From Octopus sinensis (lineage: Eukaryota), in NCBI RefSeq assembly GCF_006345805.1, contig NW_021834947.1, forward strand, positions 1 through 45,599: a DNA stretch of 45,599 bases. The letters run 5' to 3'. The position numbers and the translations under genes were made by a program. The stretch's first letter is position 1; every line of letters begins with the position of its first letter. Positions 10,561 to 22,921 of the stretch are shown here, piece by piece. The notes beneath the pieces are model-generated. The model did not search any database. It was not told the DNA's origin and saw only the letters and a program-made list of their open reading frames with translations.

Positions 10561-10835
10561 AACACCGGCAATAAACAACTGACACATAACGTTACCGACC
10601 GCAGAGTTTCGCTAACTGAAGTTTCTTCAGGCAGAACTCGAATTGATGAAAGACGGGCGATGTCTGTTTGAAATGTTAAACTTGTCATTTCTCTCTTCAC
10701 CTCACAACCGATATTAATTTTCTTTGACATATTTTATTCATTGTTTTCAAATGGAAGCACGGACCATTATTACTTGCCTCAAACTTCATTTTATTTATCT
10801 TGAATGTTATGGTTTTATAGACCAAGTTCTACCAT

Positions 10836-11230
10836 AGGCGCAGGAGTGGCTGTGTGGTAAGTTTACCAACCACATGGTTCTGGGTTCAGTCCCACTGCGT
10901 GGCACCTTAGGCAAGTGTCTTCTACTATAGCCTTAAGCTGACCAAAGCCTTGTGAGCAGATTTGGTTGACGGAAACTGAAAGAAGCCCGTCGTATATATG
11001 TATATATATATATATATGTGTGTGTGTTTGTGTGTCTGTGTTTGTCCCCCTAGCATTGCTTGACAACCGATGCTGGTGTGTTTATGTCCCCATTACTTAG
11101 CGGTTCGGCAAAAGAGACCGATAGAATAAGTACTGGGCTTACAAAAGAATAAGTCCCAGGGTCGAGTTGCTCCATTAAAGGCGGTGCTCCAGCATGGCCG
11201 CAGTCAAATGACTGAAACAAGTAAAAGAGA
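10836..11230 (+). mobile_element. SINE family A, full length
   Basis: ggcgcaggagtggctgtgtgg head through gactgaaacaagtaaaagag tail. Confidence 0.93.
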
Positions 11231-11279
11231 GAGAGAGAGAGAGAGGATTGTGTGTCTTTCGTGCTTTCGGGATCATTTT

Positions 11280-11600
11280 AAAACGTACTGGTCGAGTACT
11301 GGGGTCGTTGGTATCGACTTAACGCCAACCGCCGAGCTTGCTGGCCTTGTGCCAAAATTTAAAACTTATATTTTATAGTCGAAGGCATGGTTGTGTAGTT
11401 AAGGAGCTCGCTTTTCAACCACGTGGTTTCAGGTTCCATCCACTACGCGGCACCTTGACGGGCTTCTTTCAGTTTGCCCCAATCGAATCCATTCACAAGA
11501 CTTTTGCTTGACGTTCGGAGCGATAGTAGAAGACATTAGCCCAAGGTGCTGCACTGTGGGACAGAATCCAAGGCCACGCGGTAGCAAAGCTAGCTTTTTG
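11280..11600. mobile_element. Old SINE B tail followed by two inverted SINE A fragments
   Basis: Plus-strand A head at 11383-11457 abuts a minus-strand A middle and head at 11458-11600. Confidence 0.7.
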
Positions 11601-12024
11601 AGAAGTTTAACTTTTTACAAATGAGAGATAGATCGATATTGTGTGGCGTTCATTCCGTTCTTCTGGTCATTTATGATGTAAGCGGGATGAAAAAAAGACT
11701 AGAATCTAGAAGTCAGAACAAACGAACAACTGACGTGCTCGCTTTTCCGGAAGTCCGCCACTTCTCTGACGGCACTTGCCTGACATTTGTACTAATATTA
11801 CACTCGTAAGTACTGCCCCGAATATAAACCGAAGATCAGCTGATCGAGTTGGCATTAAAATGGTGTACATGATGTGGTTTTGGCAATCACTCAGATCTGT
11901 GGTAACCGAAGAAGTGAGGTTCCTGACCTTTCTGTTGAGAAGACTGGCATAAAAGATTTATTTGTAACGGCAGAGGAAAGAAGTGCTGTTGTGACTAGAT
12001 TCTAATGGAATTAAAATTGGAGCT

Positions 12025-12305
12025 GTTTTGTGTGTGTTCTTGGTGTGTATTAGTGTGTGTGTGTGAGCTATTGTTGCAGTGTGTTCATGTTGTTTCTGTG
12101 TGTGCGTGTTTGTGTAGCTGGGTATATATGTGTGAATTTATGTGAAAGTTGTATGTATGTGTTTATGCTTAAGTTGATGTATGTGTAGTTAGTTGTATGT
12201 TTGTATGTATTGGTATATGTGTGTATTTATGTAGGAGTTGTGTGTTTATGTATGTGCCGGTGTATGCGTATGTGTGCGTTGATATGTGAGTTGTGCGTGT
12301 GTTGA
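12025..12305. repeat. Decayed TG-rich low-complexity tract
   Basis: Directly visible. Confidence 0.8.
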
Positions 12306-12739
12306 AATATCGATTTGTTATCGTGGAATCTTGTTATCCATGTGATCCATACTTGTCCACAAAATCTCGAAATCTTTTCTTCATGTTACAATGAATTCTT
12401 TTTTTTGTTTGTTTGTTTTTTCTTAAAACCGTTCTTCATAGCATTACACACCACCACCAACAACACAAACAAACAAGCGTACGCACTCTTCATTATCTGT
12501 GAAGCAAGTTCAAGGTGAACCGGGTTCGCTCACTCATCCCGATTCCTTGTAAAATTCCACACAACATATATCGATTATGACGGCAAGAACCGCATATCGA
12601 ATTACTATATACACCCACCTCTACCCTCTGTATAAATTTAGGATCTGATTTGTGTGTATTTAATAAGAAGTGGGTATCTATTTCCATTCCCTTGAGACAG
12701 TATTCCATACCGGTTTCTCTCATTTCATTTTATCACTTC

Positions 12740-12900
12740 GTCTTTTCTTTTCACCTGTTTCATTCATTGGACTGCGGCCATGCTGGAGCACGGCATTGAC
12801 GGGTTTAGACGAACAAATCCATCCCAGTATTTGTTTTCGTTTTAAAGTCCTGTACTTATTCTAGCAGTCTGTTTTGTCGAACCGGTAAGTTACAGGGTCG
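12740..12900 (-). mobile_element. SINE family A 3' part, diverged
   Basis: cattggactgcggccatgctggagcac and gaaccggtaagttac motifs. Confidence 0.8.
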
Positions 12901-13346
12901 TAGTCCAAGTTATACCTCTTATACATACACGGATGATTTGCTGGTTACGTGAGTTGAGTAAACTCTGTTTAGACTGCTGAATTGACCAGTTGTATAACCT
13001 GGAATTCGTCTGAGTGGTCTGTTTAGCCAAAGAGACACGGAAGGGTTTTTTAATTAATTTGCCAAACTATCTGTTTGATCCCCTGTGTATAAAACTAGAA
13101 ACCATTCATTATTATCCTGATCTAATAAGATTATCCAATGTAAACACTATAAACCATGACCCCCAGAACATGTTCAAACCTACGAGAATGACGGACTATT
13201 CAGAATAACAAGACCCCAAGATTCACAAACTAGTATATCAAACATACATACCCATCTTCAGCTGCCTAACTCTATCACTGTGGTTTCGACCTCTGAGCAG
13301 TGCCATTCAATCAGGTGCTAACAAACAGATAGATATAGATTAATGT

Positions 13347-13386
<40 letters not shown>

Positions 13387-13805
13387 AAATAATTTCCGTT
13401 TCATTTTGGGTTTAATGAGAATTTGAGTAATGGGGATTGTTCATAAATTCAGCTATAGGTTATTATTAGAGTTGTTTAAACGAACTCAAGAAACAACTTC
13501 TGTACACCTATTTCTTTAAGCTTCCCTGAAATTGTACTAGTGGAATAGATTTATCATCTACAAAATATGTTTCCGTTGGAAATTTTACCTGAATCAGCAA
13601 ACACTAATCTTTATTCACGTAAGAGTGATAATGATATCTAATGATGGTCAATCTGATTTAATCTACCGTAGAGTTGCTCTTTACTGTTATTCAATATTTT
13701 TTTAATGATTATATCTTTGAAAGACATCGTTAAAATCAAATCATTCATTTATTCGCCAATTGATCACTTCGCTATTTTCCTTTTTATTTCTTTATTTCTT
13801 CATTG

Positions 13806-13850
<45 letters not shown>

Positions 13851-14075
13851 GGGTGGCGAGCTGGCAGAATCATTAGCACACCGGGCAAAATGCTTAGCGG
13901 TATTTCGTTTGTCTTTACGTTCTGAGTTCAAATTCCGCCGAGGTCGACTTTGCCGTTCATCCTTTCGGGGTCGATTAAATAAGTACCAGTTACGCACTGG
14001 GGTCGGTATAATCGACTTAATCCGTTTGTCTGTCCTTGTTTGTCCCCTCTGTGTTTAGCCCCTTGTGGGCAATAA
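13851..14075 (+). mobile_element. SINE family B, full length, preceded by (ATT)n
   Basis: A-box-like TGGCAGAATC, B-box GAGTTCAAATTCC, central ttcatcctttcggggtcg and young tail tttagccccttgtggg. Confidence 0.93.
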
Positions 14076-14324
14076 AATATAAAATAAGAAATGATTATTG
14101 GAGCTGTTTGAGACAACTCTTATCAATTTGACACACATGGTCATAGACATCCTAATCGTGACCAGCCTCGTCTTTTAAACAATTTTATATCTACCACTAC
14201 TTCTAATTAGCAGAGCAATAACAACACACATAAATACACAACATCCTTTACGATAAACTGTAGCATGCTGTTGTTGTTTTTTTACAATCAGGACTCACGC
14301 CATTAGCCACAAAGATTAATCTCT

Positions 14325-14746
14325 AATTCGAGCCTACTCTAAGCTGCTAAGAATGCGTGCGGCAACTTGAAGATCCACCCACCTCACACGATAGACTGGC
14401 GGTTTCACGGGCGCGAAAGCTACGTTGTTACCCTCATTCTGTAAACGGTGGCTTTTAAAAGGTGGAGAGCTGAACCATCCTGGGGTACAGAAGATTCACA
14501 ATCTAGACTAGGGCCATAGTGGGTTACACCATGGTTCCTCTGCTTTGTAGCAGAAGTGGGAAGAAAAAGTGAGGGAAAGTTGTGGTGAAAGAGTACAGAG
14601 GGGTTCACCACCACCCTCTGCTGGAGCCTCGTCGAGCTTAGGTGTTTTTGCTCAATAAACATTCACAATGCCCGGTCTGGGAGTCGAGACCGCGTTCTTA
14701 CGACCGCGAGTGCGCTGCTCTAACCATTGGGCCATTGCGCCTCCAC
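14325..14746 (-). mobile_element. SINE family C variant (tRNA-Arg-like head, alternative tail)
   Basis: Minus strand gtggaggcgcaatggcccaatggttagagcagcgcactcgcggtcg matches 33200-33385 for ~180 bp, then diverges. The 3' boundary is uncertain. Confidence 0.75.
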
Positions 14747-14765
14747 TTGCTGTTGTTGTTATTTC

Positions 14766-14797
<32 letters not shown>

Positions 14798-15301
14798 GAA
14801 TGTTTTCATTGCAGTGTGTGATGTCCTCCTACGCGACACCGAAAACGCTACAAAACTGCAGCAATTTGCAATCATTAGAGTATTATGATAAGAGAAGATA
14901 ATTGCGCTTAAATAATTTGTTAATGCTCCTTTTTAAATATATAATGGAAACCTCTAAAAGTGTAACATATTTGGAGAAATAATGATCCGGCGTTTTTGTT
15001 ATTTGACTCTAAATATTTTCGTATCAACACTGACTCATTCAATAATTTCGTTCTGACCTTTTTTCTTTTTTTTCTTTCTTCTTTTCTTTTTTTTTTTCCC
15101 CCTCTTTCTGTTAATTAACGTAATGTATGCTGAAAGATAAACATTTATAACTGGATGTTCTTTTATCAAAGATATATCAATAATTAGGGAATTTGTTTAG
15201 CTGCTTGTTGTTGCTGTTGTTATTTAATTAATTCTTAGAATCATATAGCCGTTCCCGCCGTGACCACCTCGTCTCATTGTATATAGCAATGACTACGTTA
15301 C

Positions 15302-15598
15302 TACTCTTTACTCTCTCTTTTACTCTTTTACTTGTTTCAGTCATTTGACTGCGGCCATGCTGGAGAACCGCCTTTAATCGAGCAACTCGACCCCGGGACT
15401 TATTCTTTTGTAAGCCCAGTACTTATTCTATCGGTCTCTTTTGCCGAACCGCTAAGTAACGGGGGACATAAACACATCAACATCGGTTGTCAGCAATGCT
15501 AGGGGGATAAACACAGACACACAAACACACACATGCATATATATATATACGACGGGCTTCTTTTTCAGTTTCCGTCTACCAAATCTACTCACAAGGCT
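15302..15598 (-). mobile_element. SINE family A, 5'-truncated
   Basis: Tail and body present, head absent. Confidence 0.9.
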
Positions 15599-15660
15599 AA
15601 TCGGTTAGTCGGATGTAGAGCAACAGTTTCTAAGAATTCGGCCACTGTCCGACTTAAATA

Positions 15661-15912
15661 TGCCACTCCGCTGATTACGACGATGATGGTTCCACTTGAT
15701 CCAACCAATGGAACAGTCTGCCCGTGCAGTTAACGTGCAAGTGGCTGAGCACTCCACAGTCATGCGTGCCCTTCACGTAGTTCTCGCGGGAGATTCAGCA
15801 CGACGCTGAATGCGACAAGGCGGACGTTTGATTTACAGGTACAGCTCATCTTTGCCCGCTGAGTGGACTGGAGCAACGTGAAATAAAGTGTCTTGTTCAA
15901 GGACACAACGCG
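15661..15912 (-). mobile_element. SINE family D body (CORE-like central domain)
   Basis: Minus strand ccttgaacaagacactttatttcacgttgctccagtccactcagc; homologous to 25685-25909. Confidence 0.75.
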
Positions 15913-16364
15913 CTTCTTCAGCAGTCGACCCCCGAAATGGATAGAATTTACAAACTTTTACATCAGATCGAATGTTTCGCATTTATTTGATTTGTAAAAA
16001 GGCCGTTTTTACTGTGGTTTGCCATGGAGAAAATTTCTCGCTTTAGACAAAAGGTGTAAAACGCGTAAGTTATTTCAGAGCACCCCCGTTCCCAGGGACT
16101 AATGCTTACATTTCGAGCTCTTTATACTCTCATCAGTATCAGATAACATGCGAGACAACTCTGATATCACTGGAGGTCTTGACTTCCTTTATAATGAAAA
16201 ATCTGTAGAAATTATAAAAGAGGAACTTCGTTGTTGCCGCCAGGCCGGAACAGAACAGCTGGTTTCTGCATTTAGTAACGACAGCAAAAGCAAATTTCAA
16301 TCTCCATCTTCTTTGTCCCTTCCCATCCTCATCGCTCCCCCTTTTTTTTTCTCCCTTTCCCTTC

Positions 16365-16412
<48 letters not shown>

Positions 16413-16904
16413 TCTCAGGAATGCTTCCTTGTTTATCTGGAAATAAATACATATGCTATTAATAAATTTGACATTATTGGAGCCTCAAGAATTGTGGATA
16501 TGGTTTTTGTTGTTGTTGTTGTTGTTATTGTTGTGGCTGTTGCTGCATACGTGCTTGCTCGTTACCAAATACATGCGCACATACAACCACATCCACATAC
16601 AAACACACACGCACGCACGCACGCACCATACATCCGCATACGCATGCAAAAACGCGCACACGACATAGGTGCTTGTGGTGCATATGCTCTATGTCTGACT
16701 TGCCGTGTCTTAATCTCAAGATCTCTTCCCCCCCTCCCTCTTCCTCCTTCTTCCTGCCCACCCCACCCCACCCCACTCTCTCTCTCTCTTTCTCTCCTGT
16801 TTCCTTGGCATGTGTTTATATCAATCGACTCACTTATGTATTTAGAACATCTTTATAGAAACATATTCCTTGTGATCGTGCCAAATCGGTTGGTAGTGCC
16901 AATT

Positions 16905-16956
<52 letters not shown>

Positions 16957-17084
16957 TCTCTCTCTCACATACACACACTATTTTTCATCACTTTATATAC
17001 ACATACCACTTTTTTTTTTTATCGTTGCGAGAAATATATATATAAACATACACACTTTACTTTTCATATTATATATATTACACA

Positions 17085-17280
17085 CACTGTTTTTATCGTT
17101 TATTATATATAACCATACATACACAGTTTTTATCATTGATATATATATATATATATATATATATAGTCATTTTATCCTTTTATTATATATATATATAACC
17201 ATACACAGTTTTTATCATTGATATATATATATATATATATATATGTCATTTTATCCTTTTATTTTAATATATATATATAT
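17085..17280. repeat. Imperfect tandem duplication of a ~90-bp microsatellite-containing unit
   Basis: aaccataca..cagtttttatcattga(TA)n gtcattttatcctttta occurs twice. Confidence 0.8.
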
Positions 17281-17477
17281 ACATACATACATACATTGAC
17301 CTGTTTACAGTTCCGTTTGACGTCCAATCCATTTTCGTATAGCTTTTGTTCCGCCATCGTATTTTTTGTCATATCCTAAATGTAAATATAGAAGACGGCT
17401 TCATCCTGATATACCAATTAAAAACATTAGTCAATAATAGACTTACTTTCTCTCTCTCTCCCTCCCTCTCTCTCTCT

Positions 17478-17524
<47 letters not shown>

Positions 17525-17864
17525 CGAATGCCATGTGTGTCTAACAGGAATGGCGGCAACAGTACATAACATGTTTACCGGCGCGCCTTTATTCATTGTC
17601 CCACTTTCGGTTACCCGGATGTAGAAATTGCTGATATTTTTATCCGCCATCTTTATCCCCCCCCCCGTTTTTTTCCTTTACGTGCTGCAACGAAATACAA
17701 AAACAAACTATAATAAATAAATAAAATAAATAAATTGCAAAAAGAACTTGGGTTTTTCGAAGGATTTGTTAATCTCCCAACTTGTAAAATAATTATCGTC
17801 TTTCATGTGTTTTGTGTAAAGTGTTTGCTCATTAACAACACATATACACAGAAATAGAGATATA

Positions 17865-18005
17865 TAAGATTGTCCCAAAAGTTCGTAGAAAGTCTTGGAA
17901 AATAATGGTCTTTATTTTGAGGAATAATTTTTGTTGTTTTTGTTAGTACTTGGCGAGTAAAAATTCAATTTTCGCAAGTGTTTACGAACTTTTGGGACAA
18001 CCTAA
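17865..18005. mobile_element. 141-bp mariner-type MITE with TA TSD
   Basis: TIRs taagattgtcccaaaagttcgta / tacgaacttttgggacaacctaa, related to the TIR at 8450. Confidence 0.85.
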
Positions 18006-18054
18006 TATTAACACACGTGTGTGTACAAACGAAAGAGAAGGCGATCTTTCGATA

Positions 18055-18193
18055 TATGAACATATAATGGCGGACAACAAAAGGAAATGATTGAAAGCAC
18101 TTGCAATGAAATGATTATGATTTACTTTTATTTTGAATCATTTCACTTCCTTTGAGTTTGTGAGACTTTGTCGTCTGCCATAATATGTCCATA
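18055..18193. repeat. ~28-bp imperfect inverted repeat with a nested inner stem (old MITE-like)
   Basis: tatgaacatataatggcggacaacaaa versus tttgtcgtctgccataatatgtccata; inner tgaaatgatt/aatcatttca. Confidence 0.7.
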
Positions 18194-18334
18194 AGAGCGC
18201 TTGTCAAATTACGTGGTTATATAATTATTTGTACTAAAAATAAAAAAACAATTTTGACTTATGTGCATTTCGTAATCGCACAAGCCACACTTGATCATTC
18301 CAAGCCGATAACGGTAAATAGTGGTGAAGAAGCG

Positions 18335-18491
18335 TCAACGTCTACGTAACTTAGCGGTTCGGCAAAAGAGAGCAATAGAATAAGTACTAGGCTTACAAAG
18401 AATAAGTCCTGGGGGCGATTTGCTCGACTAAAGGTGGTGCTTCAGCATGGCCGCAGTCAAATGACTGAAACGAGTAAAAGAGTAAAGAGAG

Positions 18492-18492
<1 letters not shown>
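18335..18492 (+). mobile_element. SINE family A 3' part
   Basis: cgtaacttagcggttcggcaaaagag through the tail. Confidence 0.88.
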
Positions 18493-18530
<38 letters not shown>

Positions 18531-18831
18531 GAGAGAGAGAGCACTATAATTATTGTCATTTACATCCGATTTTTAAAACAGGTCGTTATTCGCCAACGAA
18601 TATTGAACTTCTGAATCCTGAAACAAACTCTTAACTTCAATCGGAAATTCTTTGACGGTGTAACATTCAACTGTCTGTAGCTATTTCTTGTTTGTCGGCG
18701 CGTATATATATATATATATATATGTTTGTATGTATGCATATATTTTATTTATTACACTATTGTCTGACAGCGCCTTCGCGTCCGGTTCGATTCGTCGCTT
18801 CGTTCCTTTTCTTATCCTCCCAGTACTGTTT

Positions 18832-18862
<31 letters not shown>

Positions 18863-19152
18863 ATATGTTATATATATGTGTCTGTGTGTGTGTGTTATAA
18901 TTGTTCATGGTACCACACACACACACACCGCCACCACTACTACCATCACCACCGCCACCACCACCAGAATTATCGTCTCCGCCATAACCGCCACGCCGCC
19001 ACCGTACCTTGAGTGTAATTTGCCCTAATTTTAGAAATATGTGCAAGGAAATTGTTTCCGTCGTTATTAGAGCTCCCCCATTGAGTGAAGCAGTCAAATG
19101 TCGCCACTGGGAGCTTCATTAAGTCGAACTTATTAAAAATCCGCCTCACACA

Positions 19153-19195
<43 letters not shown>

Positions 19196-19414
19196 ACATG
19201 CATATATCATCCTCAAGTCTCCGTAGTCAGGGTGATTAAAGCTTTCTCATATCCAAACACGACGAGTGTATTTCTTCGAGTGATGCAAAATTTGTTGTGG
19301 AGAATTACAGGTTTTGTAATGGCCATTGAGCACTGGCGGAGTAAACAAATGGAGGTCAGATACAAAAATTAGCATAAAAATTTCTAATTAAAAAATTGAA
19401 AAAAAAACTACGTA

Positions 19415-19768
19415 GAGGCAGGCGTGGCTGTATGGTTAGAAAGCTTGCTTTTCCAACCACGCGTTCTTGAGTTCAGTCCCGCTGCGCGGTACCTTGGTCA
19501 AGTGTCTTCTGCTATATCCCGAACCGACCAAAGGCTTGTGAGTGGATTTGGTAGATGGAAACCGAAAGAAGCTTATCGTATGCATAAGTGTGTGTGTGTG
19601 TGTATTTGCCTATGTCCTCGTAAATTAGCGGTTCGGCAAAAGAAACCGATAGAGTAAGCAGCTGGCTTAAAAAGATAAGTTCTAGGGTTGATTTGTTCGG
19701 CTAAACCCGTCAATGCGGTGCCCCAGTATGGCCGTAATCAGACGAGGGGAAACAAAAGATAGAGATAA
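19415..19768 (+). mobile_element. SINE family A, older diverged copy
   Basis: All modules are recognisable. Confidence 0.85.
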
Positions 19769-20184
19769 GTATATGTGTGTGTGTGTGTGTGTGTGTGCAC
19801 GAACGCCCACGCACATATACATATATACTCACACGTACACACAGAACAATTATTTTATTGTTTGAGAGATACGGGACATTTTATTATTGTATTCCAAGGT
19901 GAACTTATGAATATGCATATATGCAGATACTAGTGGCGCGATGATAAAAGACTCTAGCTTAACTAGTTCTTAATGAGGGTGCGTTTGTTAAGTGGGGATA
20001 TAAATAGCACCAAGCTGTGTGTTGTTTTCTCTCTAACGGTGAGGTTATGTCAGGTCAGCCGTAGGTCATCTCATGGCCTTATATCATATGTCCACATTCT
20101 GTTGGTGTGGGTTGTGTACGTACTTGTCGCCGTCCACACGCAGGTACACGGCTAAGTGAAGTGCTACGCAAGGCTTTGTTCGTG

Positions 20185-20333
20185 CCCGAGGTCGACTTTG
20201 CATTTCATCCTTTCGGAGTCGATTAAATAAGTACCAGTTACGCACTGGGGTCGATACAATCGACTTAATCCGTTTGTCTGTCCATGTTTGTCCTCTCTGT
20301 GTTTAGCCCCTGGTGGGTAGTAAAAGAAATAGG
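20185..20333 (+). mobile_element. SINE family B, 5'-truncated
   Basis: ccgaggtcgactttg to aaagaaatagg. Confidence 0.9.
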
Positions 20334-20371
20334 CTTTGTTCGTCCGCGCTTTTATATGTGAACATGTATGT

Positions 20372-20640
20372 AAAGCGGAACCTCGGTTTACGAACGCCTC
20401 TCATCACGAGCAGATCGGTTTACGAACAATTTTTTTTTTTACCGTAAAGTGTCTCGTGTGTCAAACGGTGTCTCAAGTAACGTACGCAGTTGGTGGCAAG
20501 CTGATATTATCAGCAGAGGAGCGTTAGTTGCTGTCTTATTTTCGCTCAGTGCACATCTATGCTCCAGCTTGCCCATTCATCAGATGAAGGCTAGCGGCCC
20601 GAAATTTCGAAGCCATTGTCATCCTTGTAAAAAAAAATTT
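20372..20640 (+). mobile_element. Possible pogo/Tigger-type MITE left end
   Basis: ggaacctcggtttacgaac with a subterminal repeat tcggtttacgaac. No right TIR found. Confidence 0.4.
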
Positions 20641-20746
20641 TGTTTTAAAGAAAAAGGTGGTGCCCCAGCCTGGCCACAATGCGATGACTGAGTTACAAAA
20701 TAAACTGATGTACTCTACGAAGTATTTATTCAATTTACTACGAAAT

Positions 20747-21167
20747 TGGCTGTGTGGTAAGTAGCTTGCTTACCAACCACATGGTTCCGGGTTCAGTCCC
20801 ACTGCGTGGCATCTTTCGGCAAGTGCTCTTCTGCCTATAGCCCGGGGCGACCAATGCCTTGTGAGTGGATTTGGTAGACGAGAACTGAAAGAAGCCTGTC
20901 GATATATATGTATGTGTTATATATATAATATATCTATGTTGTGTGTTTATATGTTGTGTGTCTGTCGTTTGTCCCCCAGCATCGCTGACAACCGATGCTG
21001 GTGGTTTCGTCCCCGTCACTTAGCGGTTCGGCAAAAGAGGCCGATAGGAATAAGTACTAGGCTTACAAAGAATAAGTCCTGAGGTCGATTTGCTCGACTA
21101 AAAGGCGGTGCTCCAGCATGGTCGCAGTCAAATGACTGAAACAAGTAAAAGAGTAAAAGAGAGAGTA
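20747..21167 (+). mobile_element. SINE family A, near full length
   Basis: Head, microsatellite, body and (gagtaaaa)n tail. Confidence 0.93.
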
Positions 21168-21635
21168 ACAATTATATACATATAACTTGACATAAACACA
21201 TACTCACAAACATGTGTGTGTGTTGTGTTGCAGGAAATGAATGCTCAATATTAAAAATACTTCGATATTTGGATTCCATTGGACGTTGAAAGTGTCACAA
21301 ATCCCTTCTTCCAATTTTCTAGTTTCCGCTCTGGTTCTGAGAGAAGGGAAAGTCAAAACTCGGAGTGGCAACCACCTGTGTCGGCTTTTAGCTAGCTCCA
21401 TTAAAACTCTATTGATCTCGATCGATCGATTACAGATATAATAATCAAAAGCCTTCTTATCTAAACTACGCTCTCGTTACAGTATTCGCCAGTGTTGGAA
21501 TATTTAATCAGCTAAACGCCAATAAATAAATCCCCGCTTCGTAATTGGTAAAATTACCATTCATGGTGCTTTCGCTATTACGAGATCTATAAAGGAATCG
21601 CTGTCACACGATGTCATCGTTCCTAAGAGAGAGAC

Positions 21636-21676
<41 letters not shown>

Positions 21677-22474
21677 TACAACACTCAGCTAGTAGTTTGG
21701 GCGAAAAACACAGCCAAACCACACGTGATATCGTTATTTGTATGGCGAATACAAAGCTGATTGTTACACGATATAATTATCTATGACATGGCCACTGTTG
21801 TCGCATGATGTTGCTATCTATCTTATCTTCTCTTCTCTCTCTCTCTATTCGACCAGTTCGCTCACTCAAATAAAACAGACGCCTATTTTACAACGTTCAA
21901 ATTAGAAAACGCTTCGTCTCTCTCTATCTCGTTTCCGCTTTCCACCGCTACCGCCACCGCCGACATCTTTACTCCCTCAACGACGCCTCATTTTTCTGGG
22001 GGTTTTTTTCTTCCCTCCTTTAATTGGAAGGATTAGAAGCGGTAGCAGACACGGATTGCGTAAAATGGTTTCTTTCAGAATGTCATTCATTTTCCTTTAC
22101 AATCCTTTAATTACAAGCAGTCTCCCAGCCTCCCTTGGAAAGGTGTTCTAACTCATAAGTCCTAGTTCTTGCTTTAGATTTACTGCTTCTCGTTCTAAAG
22201 GCGTGTTAACAACAACGGAATGTGTGGGGTTTTTTTCTTGGTTTGGTTGTTGTTTTTCAATGTGTTCTCATTACGAACAGATCTCTTTTGCTGTAACTTT
22301 ACACACACTTCTTCCTTAGCCTTCCTCTCCCATTTTCTCGACGCTATAATATACATTAATTCCTGATGTTAGTCGTTACAGAAGGTAATGTGTGTGTTTC
22401 TCGCTCGTAATTCTAATAATCAGCGCCGTATTGCTAATCTGTACATCTGCTTAGTAAGGTGTTAATAAACAATA

Positions 22475-22695
22475 CTAGTTTCAAATTTTGGCACAAGGCC
22501 AGCAATTTTTTTGGGAGGTGGGTTTAAAACAATTACATCGACGCTAGTGTTCAACTAGTACTTATTTTATCAATCCCGAAACGATAAAAAGCAAAGTCGA
22601 CCTCGGCGGAATTTGAACTCAGAACGAAAAGACGGACGAAATGCCGCTACGCATTTTGCCCGGCGTGCTAGCGATTCTGCCAGCTCACCGCCTTA
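22475..22695 (-). mobile_element. SINE family B, full length, old tail type
   Basis: Reverse complement of the B head and centre; tail gctggccttgtgccaaaatttgaaac. Confidence 0.9.
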
Positions 22696-22751
22696 ATAAA
22701 TAGGGTTTTCTACTCTCAACACAAGGCCTGGAATTTTTGGAGGGGCCAAGG

Positions 22752-22870
22752 TCTTGGGTTCAGTTCCACTGCATGGCACCTTGGGCAAGTATCTTTTACT
22801 ATAGCCTCTGGCCTATCAAAGCATTTGTAAGTTTACTTGGTAGACGGAAACTGAAAGAAGCCCGTCGTGT
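22752..22870 (+). mobile_element. SINE family A 5' fragment
   Basis: gggttcagttcc to gaaagaagcccgtcg. Confidence 0.85.
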
Positions 22871-22921
22871 GCGTGTATGTATGTATGTATGTATATATAT
22901 ATATATATATATAATATATAT

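Noticed and set aside
18920-19005. His/Pro/Gly-rich coding exon
   Set aside because: It is a (CCA)n/(CCG)n microsatellite continuous with (CA)n, with no splice support.
20570-20612. Hammerhead-like cagatgaaggc...gcccgaaa
   Set aside because: The core is mismatched and stems I and III are missing.
21575-21825. Degenerate ~40-bp repeat (gt.acacgat..)
   Set aside because: Too decayed to define a unit by eye; noted only.
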